From positions 25,525-89,524 of the forward strand of contig CAVSNP010000003.1 in the NCBI GenBank assembly GCA_963729375.1: a stretch of 64,000 nucleotides of DNA. The letters are read 5' to 3'. The notes beneath the pieces are model-generated. The model was not told the DNA's origin. It searched no databases and worked only from the letters and a program-made list of their open reading frames with translations. Positions within the stretch are counted from its first letter, which is position 1. Every line of letters starts with the position of its first letter. Of the stretch, positions 21,418-32,657 are shown in pieces. A program made the translations under genes and the position numbers. The DNA comes from an uncultured Actinomycetes bacterium. Lineage in GTDB: Bacteria; Actinomycetota; Acidimicrobiia; IMCC26256; PALSA-610.

Positions 21418-22845
21418 TTAGGTCGGCTTGAACATTCGAGCGCGCTCGGCGGGGCTGGCGTGCAACGCGAACTCATCGAGTTTCGCCAGGGCGGGAAACA
21501 GCGCCGTCACGAACCGGCGCTGTAGGTCCGCGACGGCGGCTTTGTCGGGAGCCTGATCGAGATTCTTGACGAGGTTGAGGCGCGAAGCGTCGACCCACGC
21601 CAAGACATCGGCGGCGCCCTGCCATTCCATCTCGGTCCTCATCCCAGTCAGCAAGTGGCGGGTCCAGTCGAACCCCGTGTGGGGCCATGGGTTTGGTCGA
21701 CAGAGCCGGTTCTTTTCGGCCGTCGTCCGTCCCGACGCTTCGACGAATCCGCTCAGCGCCGCCGAGAGGCTCAGGCTTACGCGCGTGATCGGCTGCAGGG
21801 TGATGTTGTCGTCGGCGAAGATCGGCTTCGGTGCGTTGTCGCTCAGCCCGGCCGACGCGCAGTGGACATGCACATGATCAGGACTGGTCGGGATCGACCC
21901 GTGTTCGAGCGTGATCGCATCCCGGTCGATGCGTTCGACATGGCCGAGTCTCACGACCTTTTCGATACGTCGCAGCTGCTCCAGTTCGTCCAGACTTGCC
22001 GTCGCGCCTTTCAACATGGACGGCGGGACTGACGGGTCGATGCGCAACACCACCTGGCGTTCCTCGAGCCGCTCGTAGACCTGCTCGATCGAGTCGCACG
22101 CGGCGACCGCTTCCAACTCGGCCACGATTCCCTCGAACGTCGCGACGACGCCATGACCGGGCTGGAAGAACGCGCGGTTCAGGATCCACGACTCGCGAGG
22201 ACGGATCCAGGTGATGTCGTCGGGTGGAGTGCCCTGATCGAGCAGCCAGCACGCGGCGTCCATCGCCGTCTTGCCGCCACCGATGATCACGTAGCCGGCG
22301 GCGGGTTTCGCGACGTTCGTCAGTGCACCAACGGGAACGCATGTCGCTCCGTCGGCCACTTCGAATGGGGGCGGGTCCGTGGCCGGAACGCGCGACGCCA
22401 TGTAGGTGGCGTCGACGACCCGGCGGCGCACCAACACGTCCGTCTGGGTGCCGGTCAATCGGGATCGGAATCGCCGGGCGCCGAGGTACTCGCACATCGA
22501 AAAGAAACGCACCCGACCCGAAGCCAACATCCGATACCGCATGACCTCGTCGAAGTAGCCACAAATTTCCGGCCCGTCGGCACGTTCATAGAACCCGGCG
22601 TCTCTTCCGCCGGGTTCGACTCGGTCTTTTCCGAGTGGGGTGGAGTTCACGCCGTAGTTCATGGACGGCTGATGCAATTGCACGAACGGATACGAGTCGA
22701 GCCAGTGACCACCGGGGCGGTGTCGCCGGTCCACCATCACGACGTCCGCGTCGGAGTGCTCGATCAGCGTGTCGACGAACCCCATTCCGAGCGCTCCCGC
22801 GCCCACAACGAGATAGTCTGTCTCGATCTCCGAACTCGGGCTCAT
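21418..22845 (-). CDS. FAD/NAD(P)-binding oxidoreductase (flavin monooxygenase-like)
   Basis: DYLVVGAGALGMGFVDTL and YVIIGGGKTAMDAACWL are two dinucleotide-binding motifs. 475 aa, intact. Confidence 0.8.
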   Translation of the reverse strand: MSPSSEIETDYLVVGAGALGMGFVDTLIEHSDADVVMVDRRHRPGGHWLDSYPFVQLHQPSMNYGVNSTPLGKDRVEPGGRDAGFYERADGPEICGYFDEVMRYRMLASGRVRFFSMCEYLGARRFRSRLTGTQTDVLVRRRVVDATYMASRVPATDPPPFEVADGATCVPVGALTNVAKPAAGYVIIGGGKTAMDAACWLLDQGTPPDDITWIRPRESWILNRAFFQPGHGVVATFEGIVAELEAVAACDSIEQVYERLEERQVVLRIDPSVPPSMLKGATASLDELEQLRRIEKVVRLGHVERIDRDAITLEHGSIPTSPDHVHVHCASAGLSDNAPKPIFADDNITLQPITRVSLSLSAALSGFVEASGRTTAEKNRLCRPNPWPHTGFDWTRHLLTGMRTEMEWQGAADVLAWVDASRLNLVKNLDQAPDKAAVADLQRRFVTALFPALAKLDEFALHASPAERARMFKPT

Positions 22846-23124
22846 CGCGCGGCAACCGTAGCGTCAGACCCGCCATCGCACCGGACCCCGAACCTCGCGT
22901 CGACGCCGTCGGAGTGTCACCGATATCTCCTCGGGACGTTCCGGGCACAACCGCGCGTCGGCCCCTCGACATCCGTGACAGGAACGGCACGGTCCCCGGA
23001 GGCGTCGGCACGGCAAACTCGACGTGCGGACCGAAGCGTCATGCGGCGTTGGCACCGCGCCGGTTCTCACAACCTGAACGGGTGACGTCCCCAAAACCCG
23101 CCCGTTGCCGGTCCCAGACCGGGG

Positions 23125-24024
23125 CTACGCGGCGGTCAGCGGCGGTACTCCAAGCGACGCCAGTTTGTGCCACGACCGCTCGACGATCAGCGGGTAGGTG
23201 TGCAGGTAGTACGGAAGCGCGGCGCACGCCTGGTTGATGGCGGCGCCGCGGCTGCGAGCGAGGGTGGCGTCGTCGACGTGGAGGATGTCGACGAACGCAC
23301 TGCGAGAGTCCTCGGTGAACAGGGGCGACCATACGACCTGGACATCGACGGCGGGATCGCCGGCGCACACCGAACCCCAATCGACGATGCCGCACAGGCG
23401 GCCGCCGCGCACCAGACAGTTTCCTTCGAGATCTCCCTGGACCCAGACGGCAGGACCGGCGTGCGGGGCTGCCGCCAGTGCTTCCTCCCACACCGCGATC
23501 GCTGCAAGTGCGTCGATCAGGTGGCTCGCCCGTTCGATCGCCCGACGGGTGGGATCGTCATACTCCTGCAGTGGTCGGGCCCGGTTGGACGGCGACGGGG
23601 CATCGTCGGTGGGTACGGCCTGAAGTTCCCGGACCACGTTCGCGAGGTCGACCGCGAACGAAACCGGGTCGTCGACTCGGTCGAGTGCGGCGCCCTCGCC
23701 TGGTATCCACCGGTGTACGGCCCATTGGTACGGGTAGCCCTCGCCGGGCTCGCCGACAGACACAGGCTCCGGCACGGCAATCGAAAGGTGCGGGGCCAGG
23801 CGAGGCAGCCAGGCAGCTTCCCGTCCGATCTGTTGCGTCGCCCAGTGGATACGGGGCAGACGCACGACCAAGTCGTCACCCAAACGCCAGATCGCGTTGT
23901 CGGTGCCCCACGGCTCAACTTTGATGAGGGGCCGGTCCGCAAGCTTTGGCATCTGCGTTGTCAGCAGTCGGCGTACGAGCGCGCCGTCCACGTCGACTTC
24001 ATCGTCGTGCATGCGGATCGACAT
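23125..24024 (-). CDS. aminoglycoside/choline-kinase-type phosphotransferase (APH family)
   Basis: WGTDNAIWRLGDDLVVRLPR, VWVQGDLEGNCLV (HxDxxxxN-like catalytic loop variant), GIVDWGSVCAGDPAVD. 300 codons, intact. Confidence 0.8.
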   Translation of the reverse strand: MSIRMHDDEVDVDGALVRRLLTTQMPKLADRPLIKVEPWGTDNAIWRLGDDLVVRLPRIHWATQQIGREAAWLPRLAPHLSIAVPEPVSVGEPGEGYPYQWAVHRWIPGEGAALDRVDDPVSFAVDLANVVRELQAVPTDDAPSPSNRARPLQEYDDPTRRAIERASHLIDALAAIAVWEEALAAAPHAGPAVWVQGDLEGNCLVRGGRLCGIVDWGSVCAGDPAVDVQVVWSPLFTEDSRSAFVDILHVDDATLARSRGAAINQACAALPYYLHTYPLIVERSWHKLASLGVPPLTAA

Positions 24025-24285
24025 CGCGACCAGTCTCTCGGTGTTTCGCTGCCGCGTCGACGTGATTGACGCGGACGCGGACCCCTCGCAGCGCGGCCGG
24101 CATCGCACCCCCAACGCTGGCTTCGTGGCGTCGGGCGCAGTTCGGCGCGTTCGACCTGTTCGAGGGTGTCGCGGTGCGGTGTTTCGGCGTCGAGGACACG
24201 CTTTGTCGCACAACGTCGTCAACGTACGCAGGGGTCGGGTTCGTGTGAGCAGCAGTCCGCGATCTCGGATTGGCGGGGTCGACCT

Positions 24286-26041
24286 TCATAGTGTGTGGTT
24301 CGGTCCTGACCCCGCGCCGAGAGTTGGTCCTTCGAGGATGAGGCAGGCGGTGAGCGCGGCGGTCCAGTGGAAGTCTCTGATGCAGTCGACTTTGCGTCGG
24401 ATGTCGTAGCGGCCAGCTGGTGGTCCTTTGCGGTCGCATTCGGTGGGCGGCCGTCGGTCGCTGGAGTCGTAGAACTCGAAGGTGACGCCGTGGGTGTTGT
24501 AGTAGCGGTCGACGAGTTCGATCGTCTGGGTGCGAAGACGTGTTGCCGCATCGATGCGACCGTGGCGACAGAGTCCTTGGACGATGAGATAGTTGGTGTT
24601 GATCCATGTGGCGCCGCGCCACATATCGGTTGACCATGCCGGGTCCGAGAGCGCGACGCTCGGTGCAGGGGCTTGAGTGGCGAAGCGGGTCGGGTCGTCG
24701 AGTGCTTCGACGAGCCGGTCGACACGCTCGGATGGAAGATCTTCGAGCAGCAGTGGGAACAAGCCGCTGATTGCGGCGACGTCGGTGAGCTCGCCGGTCA
24801 TTGCGCGGTCGTAGTAGAGGCCGTGCTCATTGTCCCAGAGCAGGTTGTGGATGGCTCGGCTCGTGCGGCGGCTGGCGTTGGTCCATCGGCGAGCGCGTGT
24901 TGTATCCCCCAGATCGGCCGCGATGGCTGCCAGGCAGGCCATATCGTGCGCCGCGTAGCTCGAGAAGTCGACCGCGTCGAGGGCTGTCGCCGCGTCGAAG
25001 CGGACAGAGTTGTCCATGCCGGACTCGCCGGAGCGGCAGTCGGGGTCGTCTTCGATGTACCACTCCAACAGCCCGTTGTGGTTGCGGTCGCGCTCGCGAA
25101 GATTCCACTCGATCGCGCGTTCGAGGCGGGGGAGTGACCAGGTGAGCCGGTCGGGGTGACACGCGACGCGACTGTTCGTGAACACCGCCCATGCCAGCAG
25201 GGGCGGCTGCGTCAGTTGGTCGGCCGGCCAGTGCGCGCCGTGGCAGGTCGGGATCATGCCGTCGTCGCGCTGGCTGTCGAGCACCGCAGCGATGAAATCC
25301 CATGCGAGGTCGGGATCAAGGTAATTCATCGCGAACGAATGAAACGCCGAATCCCAGAGCCAGACGTCTCGATGGGGGACACGGTCGGGCGTCGACCACC
25401 GCGGATGATGTTGCCCTCCGGGGCGAGAGTGTTCACCTTCATCACGCTGAGGCACTTGTTGAGCAGGCGCGCGGAGGACGGTTCGACGCTCATCGGTGCG
25501 TCTCGCAGGAACGTCAAGCGATCGTGCGCGGTGCGGCCGACGTCTGCGTGCACGCCGCGCTCCCGCGGCGGAGTGCCTCCTCGGCGGATCGGCCGTAGGC
25601 AAGGGCGAACGTCGGTCCATTACGCACGAGCACTAAGGCGTCGCCCCAGCGAGTGTCGGCGGCGATGGTCGCGTGATCGAGCGCGTCGGTGCGTCGATCG
25701 TGTTCGAAGGAGAGCTCGATCGTCGTGGCGGGCGGCGCGATACCGACGATCGTGTGCCAGGCTGAGAACGTCACGACCAGCTCGGTCGCGCCGGGCCACT
25801 CGACGCCGAGCACGTCGCCGGTCGCCACGCGCACCCGGCCACCGTCCGGGACGCCGAGTCGGAGCTCACGCCGCGTCACGAGCTGGAAGAGCAGTCCGTA
25901 CTGCGCGTTGGTTGCCGTCGCGACGAACGATGACAGCACATCCGTCGGCCCGTCGACCCCGGAAAACGCGAACAGCGCGCCCTCACCCCACACGTCGGGC
26001 GGAGCGACGAGTCCCTCGAGAAGGTACTCGAGCACGGTCAC
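24286..26041 (-). CDS. GH63/GH37-like (alpha/alpha)6 glycoside hydrolase (MGH1/trehalase-like), two frame disruptions (~25555, ~25385)
   Basis: WLWDSAFHSFAM, QPPLLAWAV, NGLLEWYIEDDPDCRSGESGMDNSVRFD, WRGATWINTNYLIV. The N-terminal beta-domain lies in the 25514-26041 ORF. The GTG start is 4 nt after the upstream SBP stop. Confidence 0.65.
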
Positions 26042-26044
26042 GGA

Positions 26045-27437
26045 TTAGTTGCCGCTGATGTCTTCGACGGGAGTGATCGGCTTCGCGAGCCCGGTGTTGC
26101 CGAGCGCCGAGTCGTACTCCTGGAGGCGCCATGTGTCGTCGGCCGTGTACTTGCCCGTGTGCAGCGACGAGTAAGGACCGGAGCCGCGGTTCGTGATGGG
26201 CCCGAAGTGGTCGACGGTGTAGACCCAGTTGGTGTTGTTCAGGTACGGGCCCACACGCTGCGCGATGTCGTGGAACATGGACAGCGTCTGGCACGCATCG
26301 CTGATCGTCCCGTTGACGTCGTTGATTTTGCCGTTGGGCAACTTGATGGTGTGCTCGGCGTCCGGCGCGACCTTTCCCGTCGCGGCCAGATAGATCGCGG
26401 CGCAGTACTTCCAGTTCGCGCTGTCGTCGAACTCCTTGGCCGAGAGGCCGCCCGCGGTAAGAATGCCCTCGTACGGGTTGGGCTTGACTCCGGCCGCCTG
26501 CTCCTGCGCCGCCTGGTCGCCGACGTCGTTGTTGTCGGCCATGAGGAGCATGTGCGGGAACGCCTGCTTCACCTTGACGAGGAACGCCTTTGTCGAAGCC
26601 AAGTCGCCGGAGAGGAACAATGCGTCGACGTGCTCGGTCTTCCACTTCTCGATGAAGCTGTCGAGCTGGGCCTGGCCCGCGGTCGTGTCGCCCGTCGTGC
26701 CGACGTCGAGGATCGCCGTTGACCCCAGCTTCACGCCCGCTTTTTTGAGTCCGGGAACGATGGTCCCGTTCACGACGCTCGACTCGGTGGTGTCGCCGAG
26801 GACCGCGACGGTCTTGCCTTTGAGTGTCCCTTCCTTTTGGAGGAGCTGGATCAGGATCGATGCTTGTCGCTCGGGTATGTCGCCCGCGGTCACGATCAGG
26901 CCCGGTGGCGACTTGTCGATGATCGCCTGCGTCAGGTTAAACGTCATGAGCACGCGGTGCTCCTGGTTCGCGATGCAGGTCTGGGCGTCACCGGAGAAGT
27001 CGATGAACGTCCCGACGACCGCGAACACGTTGTCGTCTTCGGCGAACGAGGTGCACAGCGACAAAACGGCCGCGGTGCCGAGCGGCGTGTAGAACTTGTA
27101 GTACGGGACGATCTTGCGTCCGTTGATGCCGCCGTGTGCGTTGATGTTGTTGATGTAGATCTGGTAGATCTGCTTCTGCTCTGCCTCCGTGCGAATCAGG
27201 TCGGTGAACTGCTCGATCTGCGTGAAGTCGACGAGCGCCACACCGATCTTGATTGACGTCTCCGAGACACCGTTCCCGAGCGTCTTGTCGATCGGGACGT
27301 TCGGCCCCGTTGTCGGTGTCGTCTGCCGGGCTGGACTTCGCGCTCGTGGTACCAGAACCACACACGCTCATCGCCAACGCCGCGAGTGCGACACACGCGA
27401 CCGCCAGGTTCTTTCCCAAGTGATGAACGTTCTCCAC
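26045..27437 (-). CDS. ABC transporter substrate-binding lipoprotein (Peripla_BP_6/LivJ-like), one frame disruption (~27320)
   Basis: Lipobox LAVACVALAALAMSVCGSG lies in one frame. The mature part GVSETSIKIGVALVDF...INAHGGINGRKIVPYY...VFAVVGTF lies in the 26045-27361 ORF. Confidence 0.75.
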
Positions 27438-28017
27438 GCGATCCGCTCCCCCCGTGCCGCGAGATAATGGGACGCTAGATCGAACAGGTCTGTGTTGTCT
27501 TCCGCGTCGGCCGACATGTATGACCCCCGAGGGGCGGCCCCGCACGACCCGATCGTCGGCTTTGTTCGTCTTCGTGTGCTCGGATCGCTAGGACCTTCGC
27601 GCCCTGGTAGGCCGGGGTTCGACCCGAGTCCTCGCGAGGATGATCGTTCTCAGTCTGGCGTGTTCCGCGCTGTGCCAACAGTGGAACGGGTGTACGCGGT
27701 GGATCCCGCACTTCGTCGGGCCCAACGTCGCCGCGGCTGGCGGCCTCAGCGCGAAGGGATCGCGAACGGGCTCAGATCTCGCCGAGCGATGCCAGCAGCA
27801 CCACGACGACGCCGATGACGACTGAAGAGACGAGAGCCACGGAGGTCTCGCTCACGCCGATCACCCTCGCAGTCTCTCAGACGTCGAGCAACGCCAACAG
27901 CACAGGCCCAGGCGAGTCCGCCACCCCACTTCTCAGAATTCGCGACGGTGCGATCAGAGTCGGCGACGATCGCCAAGAATCGCCCGCTGAGGTTCGTGTC
28001 GAACTGCTTGTACTGTC

Positions 28018-28561
28018 CTATGACCGAAGGCACTCGTTGTTGATCTTGTCGACCAGCGAGGGCACCCAGTGCGGCCCGTAGCGAGCCTGAAGCTCTGATC
28101 GTCGCCAATCCTCGCCGGTCACCAGTTCTCTGCAAAGCGGCGAGCCACAGCTGCACTCCATCGCGAAGTCTGAGGTGTCGCTGCTCGTCCCGTAGTCACT
28201 CGTCAGTTCCTCACCAACGATGACGTCCCGGCGCATCGCGAGCGTCACCGAGTCGACATACCAGAGGTTTGGATCGCAGCAATGATTGCCGTAGTGATTC
28301 CGTGTGCCCGCCGGCAACACGAGGTGGACGTCGTCCACGAACGCGACCGTGTCGATGTAGGGATGCGACGGATCTCGCGCCGCTGCGGCGAACAACTCGT
28401 CGAGTTCGCAGCGAGGACACGAGTTGCCCACCGAGACACGGAACCGCGGTGCCTTCGCCGAGCGCGACGCGGGCGAAGAGCCCTTGCCCATGAATTGTCG
28501 ACACACGCGTCTCTACCGCGGGATGAAGCCAGCATTCGCGCTTCGGGATGGGTCGATCCAT
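28018..28561 (-). CDS. SET-domain protein (putative protein-lysine methyltransferase), one frame disruption (~28440)
   Basis: VSTIHGQGLFA (N-SET GxG), NHYGNHCCDPNLW (NHxCxPN), EELTSDYG, post-SET CSCGSPLCR. Confidence 0.7.
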
Positions 28562-28645
28562 CGCGCCAGTGTGCCGAATCAACCCGGCAGGACCAGGCGC
28601 ACCCTCGTGAACCGGCGTCTCCGCGGGTCTGGGATGGTCGCGGGG

Positions 28646-29345
28646 TCAGGTCGTCGGGTTTGTGTAACCGGAGAGCTTTTCGAGGACCCTGTTTTGGAAG
28701 TGGTCATAGGTTGCTCCCAGGTCGCTGAGGATTTTCGCCGCGAGAGCTGCGGGCTCCCCGAACAGCGAGAGCAACAGGTGTTCGGTCCCGATGTAGTTGT
28801 GCCCGAGCGTGCGGGCTTCGGTGGCGGCTCGCTCAAGCGACTTCGTTGCCCGGGGCGTGAAGGGCGCGGCCGCACTCGCGACCACTGGCGCCGCGCGGGA
28901 CGACGATCAGCACTCGTTCTTCGACCCGGATGCGCGTAATCCCTGCTTCGTCCAGGACCTGTGCTGCGAGGCCGCCGGACGGCTCGAACAGGCCCAGCAA
29001 TAGGTGCTCGGTTCCGATGTAGTTGTGACCGAGCAACCGTGCCTCTTCTGACGCCGCGCGCACAGCCGAGCGCGCCCGCTCGGTGAATCTCTCAAGGGTG
29101 GGAGCGGGAGATGAGAAACGCTTGTGCGCTGCCTGCTTCGTCACGCTGAGCGCTCCGCTGATCTCGGACCACGAGCGCCCGTTGCGGCGACACTGGTCGA
29201 CGAAGTGTGCCAGCAACGCGTCTGCAACTTCTTCGACTTGGGCGACAGTCGTCGCCGCGGTCGCGAGCTCCGCGAGGACGTCGTCACTTTCTGTATCGGC
29301 TCGGACGGTGGTGATCAGCTCTTGGAGGCTCGGCGCCGGCGTCAT
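28646..29345 (-). CDS. Clp N-terminal-domain (Clp_N repeat) protein with N-terminal HTH-like region, one frame disruption (~28880)
   Basis: Two copies of ...ARLLGHNYIGTEHLLLGLF / ARTLGHNYIGTEHLLLSLF (Clp_N repeat signature). WSEISGALSVTKQAAHKRF is an HTH-like stretch. Confidence 0.7.
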
Positions 29346-29703
29346 TCGTCAACCATAGATTGACGACCTTCGGTTGTCAATGTGAAGTTGACGCCCCGAG
29401 TCAAGAGCACGGCACCGCCCACGTCGGGCGCTCGAACGCGCCGGCACTCGCCGACAGGACAGACAAGACGGCCTTCACCCGAAGAGTCCGTGGACCACTT
29501 CCGAACGGATCCCTGGTCCGGGTCCGCGGTTCTACATGGCCTTCGGATCTCCGACGTGCATCAGCCCAGCGCTCGGTCTCACGAACGGTTGTGTCGATTG
29601 ATCCTCGTCTTCCGCAAACCGGGTCACGTGGCACTTGGCCCGGCCGGGGCGTGAGATTTGTTGGCGGGCTCTGTCAGCCGCCGGGTTGCTTGTCGGGTGC
29701 CGG

Positions 29704-30393
29704 TTACCAGGGAAGGTCGACTTCGAGTCGGTCGCGGTTGGCGCCGATGAACAGTGATGGGGGGAATCGCGAGAGGAAGGTGAACTCGTTGTAGGCGTGT
29801 TGGAGCATGGCGGGACCGACCTCGTCCGGAACCGCGCTCGCAACGTCGTCGGCGGCCATGCCGAGCCCGGGGAGGTCTTCGCCGAGGAAGAAGTGACTGC
29901 GCATCACCAGACCCCAGGACGTGTCACGACCGATGTGGAGGAGGCGGGCTCCGAGGACGTCTCCTGCGGGTGATCGGGGCGGGGGATGGCCGAGGCCGAC
30001 TCGTCCCACGAAGGAGGTGCTGACGGTTTTTTGTTCGACGGCCAGTGCATAGCTGGACAGCGTCGAAGAACTCTTCGGGTCGGCGGAACTGAACGACGAC
30101 AGCCTGCGCCGGTAGACCGGTGATTTCTTCGACGGCGAAATGCTCAGACCCGACGTGGGTGTCGTCGGCGAGATCACCGTCCCACGCGCTTGAGATGTGG
30201 TCCCTCGGGTGCCACCAGATATACCGCTCGTGTCAGGCCGAGAACGGAACCACCATTCGAACATTTCCCCGATGCAGCCGTGCATGTCGGTCCGGACAGC
30301 GACGTGGAGCACGCCGTCATCAAGTCGCTCGAACCCCGTCTCGAGGTTCAGTGGTCGAGGATTCAGCAACTCACCGACATCACAAAGGTCCAT
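29704..30393 (-). CDS. DAPG-hydrolase (PhlG-like) family protein, two frame disruptions
   Basis: MHGCIGEMFEWWF, then in another frame ERYIWWHPRDH, later VMRSHFFLGED and MLQHAYNEFTFLSRF. This pattern is recalled from PhlG-family proteins. Start uncertain. Confidence 0.5.
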   Translation of the reverse strand: MDLCDVGELLNPRPLNLETGFERLDDGVLHVAVRTDMHGCIGEMFEWWFRSRPDTSGISGGTRGTTSQARGTVISPTTPTSGLSISPSKKSPVYRRRLSSFSSADPKSSSTLSSYALAVEQKTVSTSFVGRVGLGHPPPRSPAGDVLGARLLHIGRDTSWGLVMRSHFFLGEDLPGLGMAADDVASAVPDEVGPAMLQHAYNEFTFLSRFPPSLFIGANRDRLEVDLPW

Positions 30394-31387
30394 GACCCTC
30401 CGATCTCGTCGATCATCATCATCCCAGACTGACTCAGCAGCGCTCGACGACAACGCGGACGAACCGACCATGTCCGTGTCCACACCGCCACGTTCTCGGT
30501 CGTCACCGCACCGCCGCCACACCGCCCCGGCTGCGCGGCCTCACGGTAAGCCGCGCAACTCCGCGACCGCACGGTGCCCACCGCAACTGAACAGTGCCGC
30601 ACGACGACACCCGGATCACTCGGGCTCCGGCTGCCGGTCTCGAGCGAAGCGGCCCAGAAGAACCGCGCACTTCCGCGAGGCCCCAATCCCGGGTGGCGGT
30701 CCTCGCGAGACGTTCTTGGACTTCTACGTGAATCCGAACAGCACGTCCGCCTCGGTGCGGAGGTAGGCGACGTCTTCCGCGCGTTCGAATGCGGCATCGC
30801 GCTCCGCGAGTCTCGCGAGTTGTTGCTTGCCGAGAACTTCGAGGAGGCAGACGCCGGCTGTCGCGACCATCTCGAGGGCCCAACTCGACACCGCCGCAGA
30901 GAAACACCGTCGGCCGTGTCGCTGCGCGTGGCCCGGACATGGCGTCTGCTCTCGCGATGGGTGCGCAGCCGGCTCGTGGCGATCGAACACGCACACGCCG
31001 ACGCCCGAGCCACGCGATCGGTTCGCGTCGGCTCCCGACACGTGCCACGGCCCGCCGCAGCCTTTCGCGGGAGATGCACCGGGTCGTGACCGCGAGGTAA
31101 TCGTCCCTCGGTCGATCATCTCGGCGGCGTCGAAGGGACGCGCGTCGGCGCGGGCGTTTCCACGGCACGTTCGAGGTACAGGTGTCGGCTGCTGTGACGT
31201 GAAGCGACGTCCCGGATAGAACGCATCGACGGGACGCCGCTGGCACGCCTCCATGCATGGAATGCGATCTTTCGCACTGCACGGTTGGCCGCGCCGCGCT
31301 CTCGGATCGCTGTTCCTGTTTCGTCGGGACGGCGGCTGACTTGAGAGACGCGCTGTGTCCGTGGCCTGAGGTTCCCCCGGGACGCGC

Positions 31388-31555
31388 CACGACCCGCCGC
31401 TGCGGGACGACGGGTCGTGAATGGAAAACGAGGAAGTGGGAGCTCGTCCCCTCGATTGTGCCGATCGCGTACGCCTAGGTTCTAGACCGATTCGGTCAAG
31501 GTTTTGTTCTCCGACGCGTCGCGACCCGCCGCCGGCCAGTGCGACGGGTCGTGAC
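31388..31555 (+). repeat. hairpin+core repeat module, copy 3, flanked on its 3' side by a second copy of the hairpin
   Basis: cacgacccgccgctgcgggacgacgggtcgtg ... cgaggaagtgggagctcgtcccctcgattgt ... ggttctagaccgattcggtcaaggtt (ends 31503), then gcgacccgccgccggccagtgcgacgggtcgtgac (31518-31555). Lies ~200 nt upstream of the ABC ATPase gene. Confidence 0.7.
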
Positions 31556-31757
31556 TGACGGGCCCGTGAAGACGCCCATCCGGTCGCAATACTCGCGTTC
31601 CCGGTGTAAGGGGTACAAGTAGTACAAAGAGGTGGTACTGACAGGTGACGCCCGACCCGCCGCAAGCGTGCGGGGTGACGAGGATGTACTGGACCGCGTC
31701 GTCTTCGAGCGCCGGAGTCGTCGCTCTGCACGCCTCGCCTGAACGTATGCTGCGATC

Positions 31758-32657
31758 ATGGCCGGTCCGCTTGAGCTGGACGGCTTGAGCCGCCGGTTCG
31801 GCACCGTCACAGCGCTCGACAACCTGAGTTTCGACGTCCCGGCGGGTGAGGTCGTTGGATTCCTTGGCCCGAACGGCGCGGGGAAGACCACGGCGATGCG
31901 GGCCATCTTCGGCTTGACCGACCTCGACGGCGGCTCGGTGCGGTGGAACGGTGCCCCGATCGGACCCGCTGAACGACGTCGCTTCGGCTACATGCCCGAG
32001 GAACGGGGCCTGTACCCGAACATGTTGGTCGCCGAGCAGGTCGAGTACATCGGTCGGTTGCACGGGATGGATGCGTTGACTGCCGCCACGGCCACCACCG
32101 CGTGGCTTGAGCGCCTGGCGGTGGCGGACCGGGCAACCAGCAAGGTCGAGGCGCTGTCGCATGGTAACCAGCAGCGAGTGCAACTGGCGGCTGCGCTCGT
32201 GCACGACCCTGAGGTGTTGGTGCTCGACGAGCCCTTGGCCGGTTTGGACCCTTCCGGCATCGACGCCATTGGCGACGTCCTCTTGGAGCGGGCTCACGCT
32301 GGGCGCTGTGTGCTGTTCTCGAGCCACCAGCTTGACCTAGTCGAGGACCTCTGTGAGTCGGTGGCCATCATCGACCACGGTCGGCTGGTGGCGAGCGGGA
32401 CCGTCGACGACCTCGCCACGAGAGGGGCGCGGCGGCTCGCGGTTCGAGTGGAAGGAGACCGTCAGGGGGCGTGGGCTCGAGTGATCCCCGGCGTCACCGT
32501 GTCGGAGATGGACGGCGGTGAGGTTCGGCTCGTCCTCGACGACAATACCGACAGCGACGTGGTGTTGGACGCGGCGCGCTCCGCCGGTCATGTCACCAAA
32601 TTCGTTTTCGAACGCCGCCGCCTTTCCGAAGTGTTCCGGGAGGCGGTCCGCCGATGA
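31758..32657 (+). CDS. ABC transporter ATP-binding protein (ABC-2/DrrA type)
   Basis: Walker A GPNGAGKTT, signature LSHGNQQRV, Walker B VLVLDEPLAGLD. 299 aa, intact. Confidence 0.9.
   Translation: MAGPLELDGLSRRFGTVTALDNLSFDVPAGEVVGFLGPNGAGKTTAMRAIFGLTDLDGGSVRWNGAPIGPAERRRFGYMPEERGLYPNMLVAEQVEYIGRLHGMDALTAATATTAWLERLAVADRATSKVEALSHGNQQRVQLAAALVHDPEVLVLDEPLAGLDPSGIDAIGDVLLERAHAGRCVLFSSHQLDLVEDLCESVAIIDHGRLVASGTVDDLATRGARRLAVRVEGDRQGAWARVIPGVTVSEMDGGEVRLVLDDNTDSDVVLDAARSAGHVTKFVFERRRLSEVFREAVRR

Noticed and set aside
27746-28017. Possible small membrane protein(s) downstream of the SET gene (…WGGGLAWACAVGVA…, VIGVSETSVALVSSVVIGVVVVLLASLGEI)
   Set aside because: The hydrophobic segments fall in two different frames with no clear start, so I could not define a gene.
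30363-31731. Overlapping minus-strand ORFs (30363-31079, 30503-31390, 30724-31731) between the PhlG-like gene and the ABC operon
   Set aside because: Only the last ~50 codons of one frame (...LLEVLGKQQLARLAERDAAFERAEDVAYLRTEADVLFGFT) look protein-like. I could not assemble a coherent gene even allowing frameshifts, so it is left unannotated.
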